32,000 nt of DNA from assembly GCF_000022265.1 (NCBI RefSeq), contig NC_011979.1, positions 1,260,001-1,292,000 of the forward strand, in the 5' to 3' direction. The translations under genes were made by a program, and so were the position numbers. How positions within the stretch are numbered: position 1 is the stretch's first letter; the number at the start of each line of letters is the position of its first letter. The notes under the pieces were generated by a model. It was not told the origin of the DNA and did no database searches. It was given only the letters and a program-made list of their open reading frames with translations. Positions 15,085 to 22,307 of this stretch are shown piece by piece. Source of the DNA: Geotalea daltonii FRC-32 (GTDB taxonomy: Bacteria > Desulfobacterota > Desulfuromonadia > Geobacterales > Geobacteraceae).

Positions 15085-15393
15085 GTGAAAACATTGCAGG
15101 CCGGATACATCTCTATGGGTCGCCCGGGGAAGGCAATGGCGAGATTTTCTTTGCTCGTGCTGCTGATAATGCTTGCCGTGCTCTCCGGTTGCAGCAAGCT
15201 GACCACGGAAAATTACGAGAAAATCAAGATGGGCATGGACTACGGCGAGGTAGCCGGTATTCTCGGCAAGCCGGACAGCTGTTCCGAGGCGCTTTTTGCC
15301 AAAAGCTGCATCTGGGGCAACGAGCAGAAGAACATCACGGTGAATTTCGTTGGCGACAAGACAATTCTCTTCACCAGCAAAAATATCAGGTAG
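15085..15393 (+). CDS. Small lipoprotein (DUF3862/BLIP-like fold suspected)
   Basis: GTG at 15085 follows a strong RBS, AGGAGGT. An alternative ATG lies at 15136 (MARFSLLVLLIMLAVLSG-C). The lipobox is LSGC. The mature part, ENYEKIKMGMDYGEVAGILGKPDSC, resembles small SmpA/DUF3862-type lipoproteins. Confidence 0.6.
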   Translation: MKTLQAGYISMGRPGKAMARFSLLVLLIMLAVLSGCSKLTTENYEKIKMGMDYGEVAGILGKPDSCSEALFAKSCIWGNEQKNITVNFVGDKTILFTSKNIR

Positions 15394-15445
15394 TCTGGGA
15401 GAGGCTGTAAAAATACGGATTGAGATGACTGTTGAAGGAGTTCGT

Positions 15446-15970
15446 ATGTCATCGGAGCAAGAATCTTTCGAAAGCCTGCCGGAAGTGGGTGGCCGCTGGC
15501 CGGGCTCCTGCTTTGCCTGTTCGGTAGATCATCCCCATGGGCTGCATCTGCGCTTCCGCCACACGGCAGAAGGGGTCGTTTCTAGCTGTGTCGTACCGGA
15601 GCACTACTGCGGCTTCGATGGGATGGTCCACGGCGGCATCATTACGACACTTCTGGACGAGGCATCGGCCTGGGCTCTGATGGCCCGCCACGGCAAACTG
15701 GGCGTGACACGGGAGATGACGGTCCGCTTCCTGAAGCCGGTCCTGACAGGGCAGGAGCTTACAATCGAAGCCTGCATCGTCGAATTCGACAGCAAAACGG
15801 CTGCCGTGAAGGGTACGGTAAAAAACAGCGAAGGTGAGATCCTTGCTGAAAGTTCCTGTTCCTGGGCTTTTCCGCGGTTATCGCGCATTGCCGGGCTGGC
15901 CGGGGTGGAGGAGCAGCGACTGCAGGCTTTTCTCGACGATTGTCGGCTGCCGGGCGATGGTGGTAAATGA
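15446..15970 (+). CDS. PaaI/4HBT-family hotdog-fold thioesterase
   Basis: The preferred start is the ATG at 15446, after GAAGGAG. Motifs: CFACSVDHPHGLHLRF and GMVHGGIITTLLDEASAWAL. Confidence 0.75.
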   Translation: MSSEQESFESLPEVGGRWPGSCFACSVDHPHGLHLRFRHTAEGVVSSCVVPEHYCGFDGMVHGGIITTLLDEASAWALMARHGKLGVTREMTVRFLKPVLTGQELTIEACIVEFDSKTAAVKGTVKNSEGEILAESSCSWAFPRLSRIAGLAGVEEQRLQAFLDDCRLPGDGGK

Positions 15971-16046
15971 AAAATCTGAAGGATTGTTTTGCGTAATGTC
16001 ATGGGAGGTCCCAATGACGGGCCTCGGAAAGAGAGGGGATAGAAGA

Positions 16047-17492
16047 ATGATGAATCAGAAGCAGACAGCGTATTTGAAGGAATGGCAGGGCTATGAAGGA
16101 TTAGCCGAGCAGATGCTGCCCATAATCGGCAGACTTTACCGTGACCATAACGTGGTGACCACCGTCTATGGCCGTTCGCTGGTCAACACCTCCACTATCG
16201 ATATTCTCAAGGCCCATCGTTTTGCCAGGCTTATTCTGGACGGAGAGCTGACGGTTGTGGATACTTTTCCCATCCTGGAGGCGGTAGGCAAGCTGGACCT
16301 GGCTCCGGCGCGCATCGACATCGGCAGACTGGCCATTCGTTACCAGGCACAGGCTGGGCAGTTGCCAGTGGACGAATTTCTCCGCCGTGAGCTTGCCCCG
16401 GTAAACACCGGCCGGGTGCCTTTGCTGGATGAGCCGCGGGATATCGTCCTTTATGGTTTCGGGCGTATCGGCCGTCTTTTGGCCCGGATACTCATTGAAA
16501 AGGCGGGAAGCGGTGAAAAACTGCGCATCAGAGCGGCGGTGGTCCGCAAGGGGAGTGCCGGAGACCTGGCGAAGCGTGCCAGCCTTCTGCGTCGTGACTC
16601 GGTCCATGGTCAGTTCCACGGCATCATCACCATCGATGAAGAGGAAAACGCCATCATTGCCAACGGCAACATGATCCGCATCATCTATGCTGACGCTCCG
16701 GAAGATGTGAATTATACCCAATACGGTATTCACAATGCCATTCTCATCGACAACACCGGTAAATGGCGTGATCGGGACGGGCTGGGGCGACACCTGCAGG
16801 CGAAAGGGATTGCCAAGGTCATCCTCACCGCTCCGGGCAAGGGGGACATTCCCAACGTGGTGGCCGGGGTCAATAACGAACTGATTACTGCCGAAGAGAC
16901 CCTGTTTTCGGCCGCCAGTTGCACCACCAATGCCATCGTGCCGGTGTTGAAGGCCGTGAACGACCGCTTTGGCATCGTCAGCGGCCACGTGGAAACCTGC
17001 CACTCCTATACCAATGACCAAAACCTCATTGACAATTACCACAAGGCTTCCCGCCGTGGCCGGAGCGCTCCTCTCAACATGGTCATTACCGAGACCGGTG
17101 CCGCCAAGGCGGTGGCCAAGGCCCTGCCCGAGCTGACCGGCAAGCTGACCGGCAACGCCATCCGGGTGCCGACCCCCAACGTCTCCCTGGCCATACTCAA
17201 CCTGGAACTCAAGCAAGGGGCTACGGTGGAGACTCTGAACGGATACCTGCGCGACATCTCGCTGGAATCGCCACTGCAGAACCAGATCGACTTCACCAAC
17301 TCGCCGGAGGTGGTATCCAGTGATTTCGTCGGTTCCCGCCATGCCGGGGTCGTAGATTCCCTGGCGACTATTGTCCAGGGTAACCGCTGTGTCCTCTATG
17401 TCTGGTACGACAATGAGTTCGGTTACAGCTGTCAGGTGGTGCGCATGGTGCAGAAGATGGCTGGTCTTGAGTTGCCGGCAATGCCCAGCTGA
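16047..17492 (+). CDS. gap: Glyceraldehyde-3-phosphate dehydrogenase, long form with about a 130-aa N-terminal extension
   Basis: The catalytic motif SAASCTTNAIVPVLKAV and the Rossmann motif IVLYGFGRIGRLLARIL (starting near residue 133) are present, as are NAIRVPTPNVSLA and WYDNEFGYS. The start is uncertain: ATG 16047 (RBS GAGGGG, about 481 aa) or ATG 16014 (RBS GGGAGG, about 492 aa). The track start at 15834 overlaps the thioesterase and is unlikely. Confidence 0.85.
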   Translation: MMNQKQTAYLKEWQGYEGLAEQMLPIIGRLYRDHNVVTTVYGRSLVNTSTIDILKAHRFARLILDGELTVVDTFPILEAVGKLDLAPARIDIGRLAIRYQAQAGQLPVDEFLRRELAPVNTGRVPLLDEPRDIVLYGFGRIGRLLARILIEKAGSGEKLRIRAAVVRKGSAGDLAKRASLLRRDSVHGQFHGIITIDEEENAIIANGNMIRIIYADAPEDVNYTQYGIHNAILIDNTGKWRDRDGLGRHLQAKGIAKVILTAPGKGDIPNVVAGVNNELITAEETLFSAASCTTNAIVPVLKAVNDRFGIVSGHVETCHSYTNDQNLIDNYHKASRRGRSAPLNMVITETGAAKAVAKALPELTGKLTGNAIRVPTPNVSLAILNLELKQGATVETLNGYLRDISLESPLQNQIDFTNSPEVVSSDFVGSRHAGVVDSLATIVQGNRCVLYVWYDNEFGYSCQVVRMVQKMAGLELPAMPS

Positions 17493-17518
17493 AGGGCCTG
17501 CAGATCCACATCATATGA

Positions 17519-17555
17519 AAGCGAAGGCGACCGCAGGGTCGCCTTCGCTTTTGTG
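17519..17555 (+). terminator. Rho-independent terminator of gap
   Basis: AAGCGAAGGCGACC (17519-17532), loop gcag, GGTCGCCTTCGCTT (17537-17550), then TTGTG. The stem is 14 bp. Confidence 0.8.
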
Positions 17556-17675
17556 CTTCCCCGGCCTGGGCACCTTGTGAACGAACCTGGCCTGGGTGCA
17601 ACACAATAGATCTGGCAGGATACTGCCGATGAAAGTAATATACGGTTTTACAGTAAATTTTGAGGAGAGCGCACA

Positions 17676-19313
17676 ATGAGTGAGATGCTGATTCCCCGCA
17701 CCCCATCCGCCCATAATTACCAGCTGTTGATCAAGAACATGCTCTACACTCCCATGGTCAACAACCCCGATCAGGAGATCGTTTACCGTCACCACTATCG
17801 CGGCACCTATCGGGATCTGCGCGAGCGTGTCTGCAGGCTTGCTTCAGTGTTGACCGGCCTTGGGGTAAAACCGGGGGACACGGTGGCGGTGATGGACTGG
17901 GACAGCCACCGCTACCTGGAGATGTTCTTCGCTGTGCCCATGATCGGCGCGGTGCTGCACACTATCAATGTCAGGCTTTCGCCTGAGCAGATCCTCTACA
18001 CCATCGACCATGCCGAGGATGATGTCCTTTTCGTCAACAGCGAATTTCTGCCCATCCTGGAGCAGATCCGTGGCCGAATCGACCTGGTGCGGACCTACGT
18101 GCTCATTGCCGATGAGCCGTGCGACGCCCATACTGTCAAGTTTGCCGGAGAGTACGAGCAACTGCTGGCCCAGGCGGCCTCCCATTTCGACTTTCCCGAT
18201 CTGGATGAAAATACCCGCGCCACCACCTTCTACACCACCGGCACCACCGGTTTGCCGAAGGGAGTCTATTTCAGCCACAGGCAGCTAGTGATGCATACCA
18301 TGGGACTACTGGCCATGCTGGGATCGGTGGTCGGCCACGGCGGTTTTCGCCGTGACGATGTCTACATGCCCATGACCCCCATGTTCCACGTGCATGCCTG
18401 GGGAATCCCCTATGTGGCGACCATGCTCGGCGTCAAACAGGTCTATCCCGGCCGCTATTCGCCGGACCTGCTGCTGGAGCTGAAGGAGAAGGAGCAGGTG
18501 ACCTTCTCCCACTGTGTGCCGACCATTATGCATATGCTCCTCAAGCATCCCCATGCCGACCAGATGGACCTTTCCGGGTGGAAGCTGATTATCGGCGGTG
18601 CTGCCATGTCCCGGACCCTCTGCCTGGACGCGCTGTCCCGAGGCATCGACGTCTTTACCGGTTACGGCATGTCCGAAACTTGTCCGATTATCACCATCTC
18701 CCAGCTGACCCCGGGAATGCTTGCCCTGTCCCCCGAGGAACAGGCGATGATCCGTTGTCGCACCGGCCTTTCTCTGCCGCTGGTGGAGCTGAGGGTAGCC
18801 GACTCGACTCTGCAGGAACAGCCATGGGACGGCAAGAGTAGCGGCGAGATCGTCGTCCGCGCCCCCTGGCTGAGCCAGGGCTATCTGAAAGACCACAAGG
18901 CGTCCGAGCGATTGTGGGACGGCGGATACCTGCACACGGGCGATGTGGCGGTGCGGGACGAGAAGGGATATGTGCGGATCACCGATCGTACCAAGGATGT
19001 GATAAAGGTGGCAGGGGAATGGATTTCGTCCCTTGAACTGGAGGATATCGTTGCCCATCATCATGCTGTGGCCGAGGTGGCGGTGATCGGCCAGCCCGAC
19101 GAAAAGTGGGGTGAGCGCCCCCTGGTCCTGGTGATGGCAAAGCCTGGGGAACAGGCGAACGAGAAGGAAATTGCCCATCATCTTCGGCAGTACGCCGACA
19201 AGGGGGTAGTGAGCAAACATGTGGTGCTGGCCAGGGTGCGGCTGGTGGAGGCGATAGACAAGACCAGTGTCGGCAAGATCAACAAGGTTGCCTTGCGGGA
19301 GAAGTACCTGTAG
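17676..19313 (+). CDS. AMP-dependent acyl-CoA synthetase (fatty-acid--CoA ligase family)
   Basis: 545 aa with RBS GAGGAG. AMP-binding motifs are present: YTTGTTGLPKGV, GYGMSET and YLHTGDVAVRDEKGYVRITDRTKDVIKVAGEWISS. Confidence 0.9.
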   Translation: MSEMLIPRTPSAHNYQLLIKNMLYTPMVNNPDQEIVYRHHYRGTYRDLRERVCRLASVLTGLGVKPGDTVAVMDWDSHRYLEMFFAVPMIGAVLHTINVRLSPEQILYTIDHAEDDVLFVNSEFLPILEQIRGRIDLVRTYVLIADEPCDAHTVKFAGEYEQLLAQAASHFDFPDLDENTRATTFYTTGTTGLPKGVYFSHRQLVMHTMGLLAMLGSVVGHGGFRRDDVYMPMTPMFHVHAWGIPYVATMLGVKQVYPGRYSPDLLLELKEKEQVTFSHCVPTIMHMLLKHPHADQMDLSGWKLIIGGAAMSRTLCLDALSRGIDVFTGYGMSETCPIITISQLTPGMLALSPEEQAMIRCRTGLSLPLVELRVADSTLQEQPWDGKSSGEIVVRAPWLSQGYLKDHKASERLWDGGYLHTGDVAVRDEKGYVRITDRTKDVIKVAGEWISSLELEDIVAHHHAVAEVAVIGQPDEKWGERPLVLVMAKPGEQANEKEIAHHLRQYADKGVVSKHVVLARVRLVEAIDKTSVGKINKVALREKYL

Positions 19314-19385
19314 CAGTTGCGCCTGCTTTCCGGCAAAAGCAGCGGATATGAAGCAGCCGGTGTTGATTGAAGATGTTTCTCTGAT

Positions 19386-19420
19386 GGGCGGTCAAGATGA
19401 CCGCCCTTTTATTTTTCTTT
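19386..19420 (+). terminator. Rho-independent terminator of the acyl-CoA synthetase gene
   Basis: GGGCGGTC (19386-19393), loop aagat, GACCGCCC (19399-19406), then TTTTATTTTTCTTT. The T-tract overlaps the last codons of the convergent MBL gene. Confidence 0.8.
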
Positions 19421-20338
19421 ATCCCTCAGTGCTCGCCGTTCCTTATCGGGGAGGCTTTCCACGTATTCAATGAGGCCGCGCAGGGTATTGCCCAGGAAGT
19501 AGCGTTCACGGACGGTTAGGTCCTGGGGCAGGCGGCTGACGTTGCGGTAATTCTCATCCTTTTGCAAGAGCCAATCGACAATCGCTTCCTCCCGTTTTGC
19601 GCCTTCCAAAGAAATGTTTGCCGCAACTCCCTTGACCCAGAGCAGCAGCTGGTTGCGGGCAACTTGCAGATGCTTCAGCGCATCATCCACTAATCCATAG
19701 TGGGCAAAGACCATGGTGCGCGGAGCAAGATCTATCATCCGGTCAATGGAGTCCAGTGCCACCTGGAGGATAAAACGGGGCGGGGTGGCAGGGCGCATGT
19801 AAAGGCCGTCGGCAAGCTCGCAATGGACACCGGCCACCTCCCCGGCGAAAAGGAGGTCATCGAGCAGATAGCTGCAGTGGTGCTGGGCATGGCCGGGGGT
19901 AAGGAAGGCGCGGATGCCGGTTTTTCCGATAGTTTCTTCGTAGCCGATTCTTCCTTCGGGCACCGGGACGATTTCCCCATAGGCCTCGGCCAAACGGGGG
20001 CCGAGTACCTTGCGCGTGCCTTGCCACAGCTTTTCCGGCGCCGTCATGTGCCGGACTCCCTCGGGATGGCAGATCACCGTCGCCTCGGGGAATTCCTTGA
20101 GCAGCGCCCCGGTTCCACCGGCATGATCGATGTGGATGTGGGTGAGAAGCACATAATCGAGGCGTTCGATCCCTTTTTGCCGAAGTTGGCTGCAAAGATG
20201 GGTGATGGTCGAGAGCGGTCCGGGGTCGACGAGGATGGTGAAGGTCTCGCCCAGGTAAAGCCAGGAACTGATGAACTTGCGGAATCCTTCCAGGCTGGGT
20301 TGATCAAGATCAATGCAGAAGAGGTTGTTACGATTCAA
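19409..20338 (-). CDS. MBL-fold metallo-hydrolase
   Basis: 309 aa. The TTG start at 20338 follows AAAGGAG with a 6-nt spacing. The metal motif is LLTHIHIDHAGG (HxHxDH), followed by TPGHAQHH. Confidence 0.85.
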   Translation of the reverse strand: MNRNNLFCIDLDQPSLEGFRKFISSWLYLGETFTILVDPGPLSTITHLCSQLRQKGIERLDYVLLTHIHIDHAGGTGALLKEFPEATVICHPEGVRHMTAPEKLWQGTRKVLGPRLAEAYGEIVPVPEGRIGYEETIGKTGIRAFLTPGHAQHHCSYLLDDLLFAGEVAGVHCELADGLYMRPATPPRFILQVALDSIDRMIDLAPRTMVFAHYGLVDDALKHLQVARNQLLLWVKGVAANISLEGAKREEAIVDWLLQKDENYRNVSRLPQDLTVRERYFLGNTLRGLIEYVESLPDKERRALRDKEK

Positions 20339-20519
20339 TGGAAACTCCTTTCACTGAAGACCATCGGAGGGGCAATAAGTTTACCGGCGGTGATTTTCGC
20401 CGAATAGAAGATACTTGTCAATGGATGATCCGCATCTTGTCTCTCTGCCGCATTGTTGCATTCCCCGGCTTTCCTGCAAGAATTTAAGAGGAGCATCAAT
20501 TCACAGGCAGGAGGTTGAG

Positions 20520-20981
20520 ATGGAATTCAAGCTGACGTGTCCCGCTTTTCACCATGGCTCACAGATTCCGTCCAGGTATACCTGCGATGGAGACGACATC
20601 AATCCTTACCTGGTCATTCAGGGCGCGCCGGCGGCGGCAAAGTCGCTGGCCTTGATCATGGATGATCCGGATGCACCGGGCGGAACCTGGGTTCATTGGT
20701 TGTTATGGGATATCTCTCCGGAAATAAAGGAGATAAAGGAGCATACCGCTCCCTTTGGCGCAAAGGAGGGTGTCAATAGCTGGGACAGGAGCGGCTATGG
20801 TGGACCCTGTCCTTCCTCCGGCCTCCACCGCTATTTCTTCAGACTGTTTGCTCTCGACATCAGGCCGAAGATTGCCGGGTCAGCGGCGAGGGAAGAGCTG
20901 GAAAGGGCAATGGAGGGGCATATCCTTGCGACAACTGAGCTGATGGGCACCTATGCCAGAACAAATCAGGCACCGATGTAA
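20520..20981 (+). CDS. YbhB/YbcL-family PEBP (Raf-kinase-inhibitor-like) protein
   Basis: The preferred start is the ATG at 20520, after CAGGAGG. Motifs: MDDPDAPGGTWVHWLLWDI and GYGGPCPSSGLHRYFFRLFALD. Confidence 0.85.
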   Translation: MEFKLTCPAFHHGSQIPSRYTCDGDDINPYLVIQGAPAAAKSLALIMDDPDAPGGTWVHWLLWDISPEIKEIKEHTAPFGAKEGVNSWDRSGYGGPCPSSGLHRYFFRLFALDIRPKIAGSAAREELERAMEGHILATTELMGTYARTNQAPM

Positions 20982-20998
20982 AAGCCTCTTGAACGAAA

Positions 20999-21028
20999 GG
21001 AGGGGCAGGAGTGATCACCTGCCCCTCC
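20999..21028. terminator. 11-bp-stem hairpin between the convergent PEBP and FKBP genes
   Basis: GGAGGGGCAGG (20999-21009), loop agtgatca, CCTGCCCCTCC (21018-21028). The flanks are only weakly T-rich (TTTCGTT on the minus strand). Confidence 0.5.
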
Positions 21029-21067
21029 TCTACTGAAATGCCGTGTCAGCTCTGCATGGATTTCCTG

Positions 21068-21730
21068 CTATTTGACGATGTCCAGCAGCTCGACTTCGAA
21101 AACCAGCGTGGCATTGGGGGGGATAGCGCCGGAACCTGCCTTGCCGTAGGCTATCTCAGGCGGGCAGATGAGCTTTGCCTTGCCTCCGGTCTTCATCATC
21201 TGCAGCCCTTCGGTCCAGCAAGGGATTACCTGGTTCAAGGGAAATTCCGCGGCCTGTCCCCGTTTGTAGGAGCTGTCGAATTCCTGACCGTTGACAAGGG
21301 TGCCACGGTAATTTACCTTCACCTTGTCCGTTGCTTTCGGACTGGTTCCGCTGCCATCCTTGACCGGCAGGTAGATCATGCCTGAGGCAGCCTTAACCGC
21401 ACCCTTTTCCTTTGCCGTCTTTTCAACGTATTCTTTTGCCTCGGCGGCAAGCTTTTCTCCCTGGGCATTGCGTCTGGCAGTGGCAAGTTCCTGTATCTTT
21501 GCCGTATAACCGGCTTCATCCACAAGGGGCTTCTTGCCGCTTACCGCATCGGTCAATCCCTGCTTGATCAGTTCCAACTCGGAGGGGGTCAGGTTGAAGA
21601 CGGACAGCTGACGGGCGATGACCGTGCCGATGGCATAAAGGGTCTTCTGTTCTTCTGTCTTCGGCTCTTCGGCGGCGAAGACAGGGGTGGCGATGAGGGC
21701 GATCAGAATAGCGATGATGACTCTTTGCAT
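21068..21730 (-). CDS. Periplasmic FKBP-type peptidyl-prolyl isomerase (FkpA/Mip-like)
   Basis: The preferred start is the ATG at 21730, after AGAGAGGA. The signal peptide is MQRVIIAILIALIATPVFA. A helical N-terminal domain is followed by the FKBP core: YRGTLVNGQEFDSSYKRGQAAEFPLNQVIPCWTEGLQMMKTGGKAKLICPPEIAYG...LVFEVELLDI. Confidence 0.88.
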   Translation of the reverse strand: MQRVIIAILIALIATPVFAAEEPKTEEQKTLYAIGTVIARQLSVFNLTPSELELIKQGLTDAVSGKKPLVDEAGYTAKIQELATARRNAQGEKLAAEAKEYVEKTAKEKGAVKAASGMIYLPVKDGSGTSPKATDKVKVNYRGTLVNGQEFDSSYKRGQAAEFPLNQVIPCWTEGLQMMKTGGKAKLICPPEIAYGKAGSGAIPPNATLVFEVELLDIVK

Positions 21731-21859
21731 AAATTCCTCTCTTTGAATTAATGTGAACAGGCTAAATAATATCAGCATTTTTTTAAGAATCAATCCCGCA
21801 AATTGTTTTACCTTGAAAGGGAGCTAAAATAGATGGATAAAAGTATAAAGGAGACCACC

Positions 21860-22186
21860 ATGGGAGAAACAGCACGCATTACGGTTTCGGATGCCCACCG
21901 CAGGGTGGAGGAAGGCAAGGCCCTCTTTGTCTGCGCCTATGAAAGCGAAGATGTTTGCAAAGGCATGATGCTGTCGGGGGGAATGTCTCTTGCCCAGTTC
22001 AGGGCGCGCGTTCCATCACTGGACAAGGGGCAGGAAATTATTTTCTACTGTGCCTGACCCACCGAGCACACCTCCGCCGGTCGGGCGGAAGAATACCGGA
22101 AGCAGGGGTTCGTCAATGTCTCAGCTCTGCTGGGTGGAGTCGAGGCATGGAAAAAGGCAGGTTTCGGGGTGCAGAACCAGCGATGA
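21860..22186 (+). CDS. Single-domain rhodanese-like sulfurtransferase with an in-frame TGA at 22055-22057. Candidate selenoprotein, or alternatively a nonsense pseudogene
   Basis: ATG at 21860 follows AAGGAG with a 6-nt spacing (the track start at 21833 is also possible). The track ORF stops at ...EIIFYCA-TGA. The same frame continues for 42 codons, PTEHTSAGRAEEYRKQGFVNVSALLGGVEAWKKAGFGVQNQR, to TGA 22184-22186. This completes a rhodanese fold of about 108 aa. The strong terminator lies only after the second stop. Confidence 0.6.
22071..22091 (+). promoter_or_regulatory. Candidate bacterial SECIS hairpin
   Basis: Stem UCCGCC (22073-22078) pairs with GGCGGA (22084-22089). The apical loop is GGUCG (22079-22083). 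The stem starts 15 nt after the UGA and the loop Gs lie 22-23 nt after it. The GGUC loop recalls the apical loop of E. coli fdhF. Confidence 0.45.
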
Positions 22187-22210
22187 TTTGTATCTCAATG
22201 TCTTGAATAT

Positions 22211-22235
22211 GCGGCCTTATGGTCGCTTTTTTTTT
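22211..22235 (+). terminator. Rho-independent terminator after the full-length rhodanese frame
   Basis: GCGGCC (22211-22216), loop ttat, GGTCGC (22221-22226, with one G-U pair), then nine T (22227-22235). Confidence 0.8.
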
Positions 22236-22307
22236 GGAATTTGATGACGATTTCTTTCAATTAGTCATGGGCAAGAACCGAAAAGTCAGAAATGAGATGT
22301 AGTTTCC

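Noticed and set aside
16101-17342. 413-aa minus-strand ORF
   Set aside because: It is antisense to the GAPDH gene, which has intact catalytic motifs.
17613-17627. Sigma54-like TGGCAG-N5-TGC upstream of the acyl-CoA synthetase gene
   Set aside because: The GG-to-GC spacing is one nucleotide too short relative to the TGGCAC-N5-TTGC consensus. It also doubles as a simple palindrome (GGCAG-gata-CTGCC).
18306-19220. 304-aa minus-strand ORF
   Set aside because: It is antisense to the acyl-CoA synthetase gene.
19700-20407. 235-aa plus-strand ORF
   Set aside because: It is antisense to the MBL-fold hydrolase gene.
20447-20461. Sigma54-like TGCCGCATTGTTGCA upstream of the PEBP gene
   Set aside because: The invariant GG is GC, and the spacing is off by one.
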